A stretch of DNA of 31,062 nt from Candidatus Aenigmatarchaeota archaeon (GTDB lineage Archaea > Aenigmatarchaeota > Aenigmatarchaeia > Aenigmatarchaeales > JACQIB01): assembly GCA_046760225.1 (NCBI GenBank), contig JBHIDR010000005.1, positions 1 to 31,062 of the forward strand, in the 5' to 3' direction. Below are positions 14,966 to 23,886 of the stretch, one piece after another; position 1 is the first letter of the stretch, and each line of letters starts with the position of its first letter. The notes beneath the pieces were generated by a model. It was given only the letters and a program-made list of their open reading frames with translations, did no database searches and was not told the origin of the DNA. A program made the position numbers and the translations under genes.

Positions 14966-16645
14966 ATGGTAGACAAACCAATATTCGATATAATACCTCC
15001 TGAAAAAAGGTCAGGAATACCATCAAAGAAAGGACTGCCTGTAACTGGCCCAGACTCACCCTATCTCGGAACCTATGTGCTGGTAGGCCCTATAAACTCT
15101 CCTGGTAAGGAGGAATCTGCAAACCAGTGCGTGATGCTGAACATGACAGCAGCACCAGGGGTTGCATCAGCACTCTACTATTCCCTTGTTTTCCAGCTCG
15201 GCAAATGGGGATACAGTGTGATGAAGGCTGACGACTGGATAGAGGTATCGCCTGCGCATGCTGAAATGTATCAGAGGATAATGGCACAGAAGGGGGAGCT
15301 GGAGCGCATAATAAAGGGCGGGCTTGTATCAGCTGCAGAAGCTGTTTCCCATTATGAGCTTGTAAAGCATGACCTTAGGAAATACAAGGAGATAATGGAT
15401 TATTTTGCAGCAAAGGACGAGCATACCTTGAGGGCAATGTTCATTGACAATGTTGATGTGCACACAGATGTGCAGGGACAGGCACCTGTTGCACTCAGGT
15501 CAATAGCACCAAGATGGCCCACAATAATCTCTGACTTCATGAAGCTCGGTGATGAGGACATAGATCCTGACAAGATTGCAAAAAAGCTCGATGTGAGCAA
15601 GGCAGAGGGTGTTGTGCTTGCAACAAAGAACAGGCTGTATATTGAGTGGAAGAAGCTGTTCAGTGAGACCGTGAAGGAGAGGTATGCAAGCCTGAAGTCC
15701 ATGGCCGAGGCAAGAAAGAAGACTGTTACAGAGTACAAGCAATGGCTCAAGCCGTATATTACCAAGTACAAGATAATGAAAACAGCGCATGAATCACCTG
15801 CAGGAAGAAGCGGCTCCCTGTCCTCTTATGCAGACATAACAGGGCAGAGGACATTTGCCAATGGCATAAGGATATGGGCATGGAAGAGCTTCAAGGCAAT
15901 AGAGGCGCGCAAGCCTGCCCTGGAAAGGGTCGGGGAATTCGTATATGATCCGTATGACGACTATGTGAGGAGGAACCTCGTACTTAACAACAAAACAGGG
16001 CTTGCAAGCATCTATCCCTGGCTGCTGAACAAGGTGCCAGAGGAGCATTTCAAGCCGGGTGTTGTTGAATGCGAGGCAGACCACATAGTCCAGAATGAAA
16101 TCAAGAAGCACTGGATAGCTGGTAAGCACGGCCTGGACCCGAACATGCTCTATTACATGTTCTTTGACTTTGAAATAGACAGGGTGGGCTCAGTGCTCCC
16201 AATCGGAGAGCTGGAGGACATAACCTTCACAATCAAGACCTATCTGATGTCACAGAACATAATGCTTGTAAAGCTCCTGGAAATGAAGTGCAGGGAAAGG
16301 GAACTGGAGCACTACCTGGACGAGATAGTTGGCCTCACAGTTGAGAAAAGGCCTGTTGAAGAAGTGATAAAAAAGGAATATCCTGAGCTCTTTGGAATAA
16401 AAAGGGAGCTCACGCCCCTGCAGAAAATAGGAGAGGAATGGAAGGCACTGGGCAGGGAATTCAAGGGATTCTTTGCCCCGCTTGGGAAGATCTCACCAAC
16501 CCCTGAGAAGAGGGGCTTTTTTGTCAAGCCAGGACCATATGAAAGGGAATTCAGGCAGAGGCTGTCAAAGCAGTACCTCACTCCAATGGGCGAGAAGTTC
16601 GCAACAGTTGCAGGCTTTTTGAAGGACAAGATGGGTGTTGGATAA
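14966..16645 (+). CDS. Large hypothetical helical/coiled-coil protein
   Basis: Long ORF with codon usage like neighbouring genes; start at ATG 14966 (GAGG SD); TAATG coupling to the next gene. Confidence 0.8.
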   Translation: MVDKPIFDIIPPEKRSGIPSKKGLPVTGPDSPYLGTYVLVGPINSPGKEESANQCVMLNMTAAPGVASALYYSLVFQLGKWGYSVMKADDWIEVSPAHAEMYQRIMAQKGELERIIKGGLVSAAEAVSHYELVKHDLRKYKEIMDYFAAKDEHTLRAMFIDNVDVHTDVQGQAPVALRSIAPRWPTIISDFMKLGDEDIDPDKIAKKLDVSKAEGVVLATKNRLYIEWKKLFSETVKERYASLKSMAEARKKTVTEYKQWLKPYITKYKIMKTAHESPAGRSGSLSSYADITGQRTFANGIRIWAWKSFKAIEARKPALERVGEFVYDPYDDYVRRNLVLNNKTGLASIYPWLLNKVPEEHFKPGVVECEADHIVQNEIKKHWIAGKHGLDPNMLYYMFFDFEIDRVGSVLPIGELEDITFTIKTYLMSQNIMLVKLLEMKCRERELEHYLDEIVGLTVEKRPVEEVIKKEYPELFGIKRELTPLQKIGEEWKALGREFKGFFAPLGKISPTPEKRGFFVKPGPYEREFRQRLSKQYLTPMGEKFATVAGFLKDKMGVG

Positions 16646-18192
16646 TGCCAAAGGACTATGTAATAGGTGTTTCAAGTGGAATCTGGGGCGTTATAAAGAA
16701 AGAGGAAGTCCTTGGAATAAACAAGAAACTGCAATGGATTGCAACTTCAGGAACTAATCATGTGCAGGTTGACCTGGAAACAATAAATGAGTTCAAGGAG
16801 CCTGACCTGAAGGAGAAAATAGAAAGATCTAAAAAAAGCCTTAATATTAATTTCGGCATACATGGTGAAGCAAGACCAATAGTTGGTATGGACACCTTGC
16901 CCCTGGACTCTGCACTCATGGCAGACTACATAAGGGCACATGACAGGTTGATGATACATGTGAAGGAATGTTCAAAGCTAGGTGCAGAGTACTGCACAAT
17001 CCATTCTTCTGAATCAAAGCCATTCATAGTTCTGTGGCATGAGCTTCAGTCTACAAACCTCTGTGATTTCTGGGGAAGACCACTCCGTGAGTTCCTAGAG
17101 GAAAACAAAAGGATAGCAGAATGGCTCCTGAGCATTAAGGACAAGCCTCAATTAGGGGACATTCTAAGGCACATACCTTCTGCAGATTACATATTGAGAG
17201 AGTATCTAATACCTCATTACAAAAGTGAACATGAGGGCAAGATGCCTGATGAAAAGGAACTAAAGAAATTAAAGGAAGAAGCACACGGGGAGGCTGTAAA
17301 AAGATTGATTAATTTTGTGAATTCAGGTGAATCCCATTATGGAGGCGAGAGAATAGCGTACCTAGCTGTTGCCAAGTGGATGCAGAGCGAGAGGGACTAT
17401 CTCTGGGACAAGATAGTGGGAAGAATACTGGATGACAAGACTATGCTTACAAAAACAGAGAAATGGGTGCCTGCTGTTGCTGCAAAATATATATGGGGAC
17501 ATTTCTGCCCGAGAAAAGGAGGATATCCTGATCCAAAGCCAATATTGAAAGATAAGAGAATGTACTTCTGCTTTGAGGCTCCTATGGCTGAAAGAGGATA
17601 TGAGGGGTATATGCGGCTTGTAACGCTTACTGATATCTATTATATGTGCGAGGCAATAGGTTCTCCCTGGGTGGGCATGACAATGGACATGGAGCACATG
17701 ATGAGCTGCAACATAGACCCCAAAAAGGACATAGAGAACCTTCCACCAAAAGGAGGCCAGAGGCTGAAAGTTGTGCACGTAACAGTTCCAACACCAATGA
17801 ATCCCTCACACCTTCCTGTGCCACTTGGTTCAGAGGCCCAGCTCTACATCTATGAAAGGCTCTATGACCTCAGGAAAAAAGGCTTCAAAACAGGCTGGTG
17901 GATATTTGAGAGAGGCGGTGAGGAAGGACTGATAAAGGACACAGTAACAGTGATGAGGATGATCAAGAAATATCTTGAGAAGGGCGTTGACCCGAAAAAG
18001 CTTCCGCCTGAGTTCTTTGGCATGGACATGGAAGCAGCTGACTGGAAGACCCAGGTGCTCAAGGTAAAGGACCATGCTTTTGACCCGCTGAAGGGGCTGC
18101 TCGTCACGCCAGAGGAACAGATGGGTGTATTTGGTGAAGCAGCCAAGGAAAAGGGCAAGATAGCTGAATGGCTAAAGGAGAAGTACAGGTAA
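16645..18192 (+). CDS. Xylose isomerase/endonuclease IV-like TIM-barrel metalloenzyme with large helical insertion
   Basis: IHGE, IHSS, CFEAP, TMDMEH, VVHVT, SHLP, WIFERGG in AP_endonuc_2 order. Confidence 0.75.
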   Translation: MPKDYVIGVSSGIWGVIKKEEVLGINKKLQWIATSGTNHVQVDLETINEFKEPDLKEKIERSKKSLNINFGIHGEARPIVGMDTLPLDSALMADYIRAHDRLMIHVKECSKLGAEYCTIHSSESKPFIVLWHELQSTNLCDFWGRPLREFLEENKRIAEWLLSIKDKPQLGDILRHIPSADYILREYLIPHYKSEHEGKMPDEKELKKLKEEAHGEAVKRLINFVNSGESHYGGERIAYLAVAKWMQSERDYLWDKIVGRILDDKTMLTKTEKWVPAVAAKYIWGHFCPRKGGYPDPKPILKDKRMYFCFEAPMAERGYEGYMRLVTLTDIYYMCEAIGSPWVGMTMDMEHMMSCNIDPKKDIENLPPKGGQRLKVVHVTVPTPMNPSHLPVPLGSEAQLYIYERLYDLRKKGFKTGWWIFERGGEEGLIKDTVTVMRMIKKYLEKGVDPKKLPPEFFGMDMEAADWKTQVLKVKDHAFDPLKGLLVTPEEQMGVFGEAAKEKGKIAEWLKEKYR

Positions 18193-18224
18193 GCTTTAAA
18201 TACACTACTTTCTAGTAATTAATT

Positions 18225-18998
18225 ATGGAAAAGCAACTTGCTATTCTGGGTCTAGGGCATGCCCTTTACGCAGAAGATGTCAAATATTTGCCTGAAGAGC
18301 AATATGTACAAGAAGCCTTCAAGAGGTATGGTGAAGCCAACTTGGAGGAGATTGAGTTTGACAAGGAGCTAGGGTCATTATCAATACACGGAAAATACAG
18401 GGGCAGGAAGTTGGGGTTTCATTACATCCCGTTCGGCCTTTCTTACGCAACAGCCATGAATATTATATTCGAAGAAAATAAGCTGGAAGCTGCAGCAGGT
18501 GTGGGTTTCTGCGGTTCATTGCATCCAGACATTGAAAAGGATACAGTAATAATTGCAAGGAAGGCTGCAATGTCGCCTTTTGCTGCATATGACAAGGAAT
18601 GGAAGGACAAGCTGGCATGGGGAAAGGCAGATGAAAGGCTTGCAGAATCCATGCTCAGGAAAGCAGAAGAACATGGTTATGAAGCCAGATTAGGAACAAT
18701 ATTCACAGTGATAAACACGAGGTGCGAAACCCCTGGTTTCATTGCTGAACTAAGGGAAGCAGGCTTTGATGGGGTTGAAATGGAAACAGCAGCACTATAC
18801 CAGATTGCCAATGCGGCTGAAGTGCCTATAGCCACAATGCTTTATGTTTCAGACAGTCAGGCGCTTAACCCTGGTTGTGACGTACCCAAACTCGTGCAAG
18901 AGCTGGAAAAGCAGGGAAAGCACATAGAGATGACTGAGATAGCCAGGGATGTGCTACTGGAACATTTAAATGCTGAGGAGGATAAGTTTCAAGGGTGA
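18225..18998 (+). CDS. Nucleoside phosphorylase (PNP/UDP family 1)
   Basis: GVGFCGSLH, GVEMETAALY, YVSDS. Confidence 0.85.
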   Translation: MEKQLAILGLGHALYAEDVKYLPEEQYVQEAFKRYGEANLEEIEFDKELGSLSIHGKYRGRKLGFHYIPFGLSYATAMNIIFEENKLEAAAGVGFCGSLHPDIEKDTVIIARKAAMSPFAAYDKEWKDKLAWGKADERLAESMLRKAEEHGYEARLGTIFTVINTRCETPGFIAELREAGFDGVEMETAALYQIANAAEVPIATMLYVSDSQALNPGCDVPKLVQELEKQGKHIEMTEIARDVLLEHLNAEEDKFQG

Positions 18999-19003
18999 GC
19001 TGA

Positions 19004-20317
19004 ATGGCCAAGAAAGCAGCAAAGAAAGTGAACAAGAAGAAGGAAGTTAAGAAGGGAAAAAAGATAGGCGAGAAGCTCAGGAAGTTCTCGCTCAGCACAA
19101 GGCTGAAGAGCTCGGAGAGCTTCAAGAGCAAGATACTCGGGGTTTTCAAGGACTACATAAAGGCGGTTGTGGTCTGGGGAAGCATAACAAGGGGCGACTA
19201 CACTGGCAAGAGCGATGTTGATATTTACATAATCTTTGATGACACCAAGATGCCTATCAAGAAGTTCGATGAGATGAGGGACAAGATAGACAGGGACATC
19301 GGAAAGCTGGCAAAGGAGATCGATCCAAGGCTGCATCCCCAGCCCGTGCTTGCGCTGACAGAGTTCTGGGACGGCATAAGGAAGCAGCACCCGCTGTTCT
19401 ACAATATCGTGAGGGAAGGCTATGCAATACATGATACTGGCTTCTTCATTCCAATGAGGAAGCTGCTCGAGTGGGGCAAGTTCCCTGCCACGCAGGAAGC
19501 AGCAGAGCTAAGAATAGGGGGAGTGCCCAAAAGGCTGAGAAGGGTGGAGAATGTCAAGCTCTACATGATTGCCGAGGACCTCTACTATGCGATCACAGAT
19601 GCTTCCCAGGCAGTGCTCATGTACATCGGTGTTGGCCCGCCTGCACCAAAAGTGCTTGCCAGGGAGGTAAGACTACATCTTGTTGAGCCCGGACTGCTTG
19701 AGGAGGAATGGGCACAGCTTGTTGAGGAGGTTTTCAAGTTCAGGAAATCAGTTGAGCACAAGGAAATGAGGAAGATAAAGGGAGAGGAGGTTGACAGGTG
19801 GATAGAGAGGACAGATGAGTTCGTCAAAAGGATGTTCAGGCTGCTCCAGGAGCTGCAGCTCAGCAAGAAGGCAAGCGACATAAAGAAGAGCTATGAGGTA
19901 ATGATAAAGGCTTCTGTGGCTGCACTCAAGGCACTGGACAGGCTGCCTGAGGAGCCTGAAAAGCTGCCACAGGCATTCAAGAAATACCTTATTGAGCCTG
20001 GCCTGGTGAGCCCCTGGTATGCTGATGTGTTCGGCAAGGTAATTGAGATGAGGAAGATGCTTGAGGACAAGAAACTGGACGAGATAACTGACAGGGACGT
20101 GTACATGACTAAGGAATACGTCAGGAGGTTTATACTGGATGTCAGGGGGGTGATAGAGAAGAAGAGGCGCGAGGCACCTCCTGAAACCGAGCAGGAGGAC
20201 ATCCAGAAGTCCAAGAAAGCAGAGAAAAGGCTCAAGGCAGTCAAGGAGATAGTTGAGACTGCAAAGGAGATAGAGAAACTGCCCGCAGGCAGGAAAGCAA
20301 GGAAAAAGAAGAAATAA
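19004..20317 (+). CDS. Minimal nucleotidyltransferase (MNT) fused to two HEPN-like domains
   Basis: WGSITRGDYTGKSDVDIY; duplicated helical domains LVEPGLL...RKSVEH and LIEPGLV...RKMLED. Confidence 0.8.
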   Translation: MAKKAAKKVNKKKEVKKGKKIGEKLRKFSLSTRLKSSESFKSKILGVFKDYIKAVVVWGSITRGDYTGKSDVDIYIIFDDTKMPIKKFDEMRDKIDRDIGKLAKEIDPRLHPQPVLALTEFWDGIRKQHPLFYNIVREGYAIHDTGFFIPMRKLLEWGKFPATQEAAELRIGGVPKRLRRVENVKLYMIAEDLYYAITDASQAVLMYIGVGPPAPKVLAREVRLHLVEPGLLEEEWAQLVEEVFKFRKSVEHKEMRKIKGEEVDRWIERTDEFVKRMFRLLQELQLSKKASDIKKSYEVMIKASVAALKALDRLPEEPEKLPQAFKKYLIEPGLVSPWYADVFGKVIEMRKMLEDKKLDEITDRDVYMTKEYVRRFILDVRGVIEKKRREAPPETEQEDIQKSKKAEKRLKAVKEIVETAKEIEKLPAGRKARKKKK

Positions 20318-20409
20318 TTCTGACAGTTAAAGATAAATTTGAGTTAGACCATTCTATTTTGCACCGTTGTTTTAAATAGCGGGTGATTTACATATATAAT
20401 ATAGGTGTG

Positions 20410-20670
20410 ATGGAGATGGACCCAAAAGGCATAATCGTGACATACCACATAGCATATACAAAGGAAGTGCTAGTCAGGGTGCCGGGCATCAAGTCCAGGA
20501 GGGACGCTGGCAAGCTGATTGGCAAGAAGGCTGTTTGGACAGATGAAAAGGGCAGGAAGTACATAGGAAGGGTGTCCGGGGTCCATGGCACAGGCGGTAC
20601 AGTGAAGGTCAGGTTCAAGAAACCGCTGCCGCCAAAAGCTCTTGCAAAACCTATAAACATTGCAGAATAA
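20410..20670 (+). CDS. rpl35ae: 50S ribosomal protein L35Ae
   Basis: SRRDAGKLIGKKAVW, GRVSGVHGTGGTVKVRFKKPLPPKAL; AGGTG SD before ATG 20410. Confidence 0.9.
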   Translation: MEMDPKGIIVTYHIAYTKEVLVRVPGIKSRRDAGKLIGKKAVWTDEKGRKYIGRVSGVHGTGGTVKVRFKKPLPPKALAKPINIAE

Positions 20671-20672
20671 GC

Positions 20673-21113
20673 TCATTCTTCGATAAAAATCAGTTCTCCC
20701 TCATTTCTTGGGCATACTTTCCTGACATCCCCGTTCTTATAGCTTATCTCCTTCTCTATGCACCATTGTTTGTAGCATTTTCTGCTAATTGGGCATAAAT
20801 CAGAGGTGCCGTAATATGGGGACTTTAATGACCTGTGTATCTTCTTTATGCCTCTCTCCAGCCCCTTTTTGCTAAATGTTGACTGCAGACGCTGCTGAAC
20901 AGAGCGGTGCATTTTTTCTGGAAAATCCAGCCTGTTAAAGATTGCATTAGTTGTATAGAAATGGTCCTTGTTCTTGTCAAGGAGCTCTCTCTTGATAAAG
21001 CTTATTGCCTCTTCTATGTCATCATCACTGTACCACGTCTTGTCATCTATGATAAATTTCTTCTTTGTGCGCTCAACAGCTTCCTTTATTTTATTTCCCA
21101 AGCTTTCTTGCAT
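20673..21113 (-). CDS. Hypothetical protein with C-terminal Cys cluster
   Basis: CPISRKCYKQWC...VCP; fills the gap between L35Ae and the KaiC-like gene. Confidence 0.6.
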   Translation of the reverse strand: MQESLGNKIKEAVERTKKKFIIDDKTWYSDDDIEEAISFIKRELLDKNKDHFYTTNAIFNRLDFPEKMHRSVQQRLQSTFSKKGLERGIKKIHRSLKSPYYGTSDLCPISRKCYKQWCIEKEISYKNGDVRKVCPRNEGELIFIEE

Positions 21114-21163
21114 GCAAAAACATTACGCATAAACTTTTAAATATTCAAAGGTTAATTGTGCTT

Positions 21164-21916
21164 ATGGCAAGGAAAATGAAAAAGAAAGTTGCAAAAAGGG
21201 GGGTAAAAAAGAAGACCAGAAAGAAACGTTCTGTTGAAAGAATTCCTACTGGAATAAAGGGCCTTGACAGGTTCATGAAGGGCGGTTTGATAAAGGGCAC
21301 AACAACGCTCCTTACTGGTTCCACAGGAACAGGCAAGACCATATTCTGCACCCAGTTCATTCTCGAGGGGCTCAGGAAAAAGGAGAAGTGCCTTTTCATC
21401 ACAATGGAAGAAAGAGTGGAAGACATAATAAATGATGTCAAGGAGTTCAAATGGGACCTCCGGAAGCATATGGACTCTGGACTGCTCATACTGGAGTACA
21501 GGGACCCCTTCCAGCTTGCAAACCTTGCTGAAAAGCTAGCAGAGAGGATAAAGAAGAACAAGATACAGAGGGTGGTGATTGATTCCACTTCTCTCTTCGG
21601 CCTGTATTTCAAGGACCCGTTTGATGTGAGGAAACAGCTCTTCAACCTGATGGCAAAGCTCAAGTCATCAGGAGCAACAACCATTCTCACATCTGAGATG
21701 CCTGAAGCAGACCACATGCTATCGCGCTTCGGCGTAGAGGAATACATCACTGACAACGTAATAATACTGAACTACCTGGGAGTCGGAGGAGTCTATGGAA
21801 GGTCGTTGTCAATAAGGAAGATGAGAAGGACTGACCATGGAAAGGATGTCTATCCGCTGAAGATAGGAAAGAGGGGAATAGAGATCAGGGGAGCTGAAAG
21901 AGGCATCAAGCTTTAG
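21164..21916 (+). CDS. Single-domain KaiC/RAD55-like ATPase with Lys-rich N-tail
   Basis: RIPTGIKGLD, GSTGTGKT, FITMEE, VVIDS, SRFGVEEYITD, RKMRRTDH; start at ATG 21164. Confidence 0.92.
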   Translation: MARKMKKKVAKRGVKKKTRKKRSVERIPTGIKGLDRFMKGGLIKGTTTLLTGSTGTGKTIFCTQFILEGLRKKEKCLFITMEERVEDIINDVKEFKWDLRKHMDSGLLILEYRDPFQLANLAEKLAERIKKNKIQRVVIDSTSLFGLYFKDPFDVRKQLFNLMAKLKSSGATTILTSEMPEADHMLSRFGVEEYITDNVIILNYLGVGGVYGRSLSIRKMRRTDHGKDVYPLKIGKRGIEIRGAERGIKL

Positions 21917-22448
21917 AAACATCAAAAGCACAATACTTGTCCCCACAGGCAATGCACTTGCTTTCTACGACCTTGACCTTGGAGCCGAAAATAACAGTGA
22001 AGTGCTCCTTTATTAGGCCTTTCAACCAGAAATCTATTGGCTTCTTGCTGTTGTTCTTGTGGAGCATCAGCCATTTGGTTGGTAAGGTGCTTTCCCTTAC
22101 AATGACCTGCGCTGACCTGTTTTTCATGCTCATCCTGCTCACCTCTATCATGCCCCATCCTGTACTGTTGAGTATCTTTGTTGTGAAGTCCATTATCTTG
22201 CTCTTGGACAATTCAGAAAAGTTGTAGCGCTTGAGGTATCTTTTTGCTGCAGCCTCAACCTGGTACCTGCCCATCTCCTCCAACAATTTCCCTGTCTTTT
22301 TTCTGCCGAGCTTCTTAAGAAGCACATCATACATATGGACAACTACGCCCGACGGAAAGAGCAGCACGTATTCTCCAAGCATCCTGATGTGCCCTTCCTC
22401 AAAGGTGAACTGGCCTGTCTGCATCAGTTTTGTCAAAAACCTGCTCAT
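21906..22448 (-). CDS. V4R (XylR_N/4VR) domain protein
   Basis: EEGHIRMLGE, TGWGMIE, ESKCIACGDKYCAFDV. Confidence 0.85.
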   Translation of the reverse strand: MSRFLTKLMQTGQFTFEEGHIRMLGEYVLLFPSGVVVHMYDVLLKKLGRKKTGKLLEEMGRYQVEAAAKRYLKRYNFSELSKSKIMDFTTKILNSTGWGMIEVSRMSMKNRSAQVIVRESTLPTKWLMLHKNNSKKPIDFWLKGLIKEHFTVIFGSKVKVVESKCIACGDKYCAFDVSKA

Positions 22449-22450
22449 TA

Positions 22451-23815
22451 TCAGAACTTGTTTTTCTTAGTAATTATTCTTTTCGGTTTGCCCTTTTGCT
22501 TGTAAATATCGAGCCTGCCTTCGGGCACTGTCTCAACATAGATGTCAGCCACCCTGCTGGGCCCTGTTGCAACTATGTTAAGTGTGAAATGGTTGTGAAC
22601 AGAGTCGCATATCCACTTAACAAGGTCCTTGTGGGTCTTTCCGCGAGTCTCTACCCTGAGTTTTATCTTGTGCAGGCTCTCGCTGGAATCATATTCCTTT
22701 ATTACCTCGTATTCCCCTGTGAGATAATCAGTAAACTCGGGTCTGAGCATCACAGCCTCAAGCTCATCAAGCCCTATGCGCGTGTAACCTACTTCAAGCT
22801 CTCCAAGCTCTCCTGCGCGAATTGGCGGAGATATTTTGTGCAATATGCTCCCGCACCCACACTCGTCCCCGAGCATCTTGAACTTGTCGCCATGTTGGTA
22901 ATTAATCAGAACCATTCCACAGTATGTTCCTTCAGGAACAAGCGTTGTTATCACATCCCATCCGGTCTCTCCTTCGTCCTTTAGCTCCTTTGTTTCAGGG
23001 TCAATCGCCCTTAACCACAGATAATCCTCTTTAACATGGTGAAGCCCTTCCTGCATATCACATTCAGTTGCCATGAGGTCACCTTCTGTGCTTGCATAAT
23101 TGTTGCGCACTTCAGCGTTCCATCTCTTGCTTATGAATTCCTTCATTTCCTTGCTCAGGGGTTCGCTAACAGTCAGTATTCGTTCTATTGATGTCTCAGT
23201 CGGATCAGTTCCAGCCAGCTCAAACCTCCGGGCAAGACGCGCGACACTGGATGGGGATCCGAAGAGAACAGTTGGCTTATGGTACTCCACTAGCTCGGTC
23301 TTTGGAGGATTGTCGCCAATTCCGGCAGTCAGTACATGAGCAAGCTTCTCAAAACCGCGCGTTGCGGCAACCCCTGATGTGCCCATGCCATAAGGCAGTA
23401 CTATCAATACGGTGTCATCCTCTTTCACTCCTGCAATTTCGTACGCTCTTCTGAGCTCTATTTTTGAAATATCAATGTCATCATGTGACCTCAAGAAAAC
23501 CTTGGAAGTGCCCTGCGTTCCAGAAGTGTAATTCGAAATTGCCCACTGGTCCTTGGGTGCTGAAAAAAATCTGTAGTCATCAGAATTAGGAGGTTGGTTG
23601 TCAACTATATCCTTCTTTGTCACTATGGGCAACTTCTTCAGCAAATCTTCAGGAGAGTCTATATCCTTTGGGTGCACATTGTGCTCACGAAAAAGATCAT
23701 GGTAGAAGGGTGAATTTTCAAATGCATACTGTGCTGTATAGCGTGCGCGCCTGCCTACAAGATGATCTAAGTCACAGCGTTCTGCATGACGTGTACTCGC
23801 TACGTACATGAACAC
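22451..23815 (-). CDS. Phenylacetate-CoA ligase (PaaK)-like adenylate-forming enzyme
   Basis: NSPFY, LKKLPIVTKKD, YTSGTQG P-loop, NYASTEG, YQHGD, C-terminal KGKPKRI. Confidence 0.85.
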   Translation of the reverse strand: MFMYVASTRHAERCDLDHLVGRRARYTAQYAFENSPFYHDLFREHNVHPKDIDSPEDLLKKLPIVTKKDIVDNQPPNSDDYRFFSAPKDQWAISNYTSGTQGTSKVFLRSHDDIDISKIELRRAYEIAGVKEDDTVLIVLPYGMGTSGVAATRGFEKLAHVLTAGIGDNPPKTELVEYHKPTVLFGSPSSVARLARRFELAGTDPTETSIERILTVSEPLSKEMKEFISKRWNAEVRNNYASTEGDLMATECDMQEGLHHVKEDYLWLRAIDPETKELKDEGETGWDVITTLVPEGTYCGMVLINYQHGDKFKMLGDECGCGSILHKISPPIRAGELGELEVGYTRIGLDELEAVMLRPEFTDYLTGEYEVIKEYDSSESLHKIKLRVETRGKTHKDLVKWICDSVHNHFTLNIVATGPSRVADIYVETVPEGRLDIYKQKGKPKRIITKKNKF

Positions 23816-23886
23816 TACCCTAGGAAGATAATACTATAGGTGGAATTTATGTTTATGTATTTATTCTAGGAAGAGAAAACTATGGT

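Noticed and set aside
19004..20317. Two HEPN domains as a Cas13- or Csm6-like CRISPR effector
   Set aside because: No CARF domain, cas genes or array in the window; the protein is small and led by an MNT domain.
21065..21163. Upstream extension of the KaiC-like ORF
   Set aside because: It overlaps the divergent 20673..21113 gene, and a TTTTAAAT box lies about 25 nt before ATG 21164.
7893..21916. Two KaiC-like genes as a circadian clock
   Set aside because: Both are single-domain with EEF/EEY instead of the phosphorylatable ST site, and no kaiA or kaiB is in the window.
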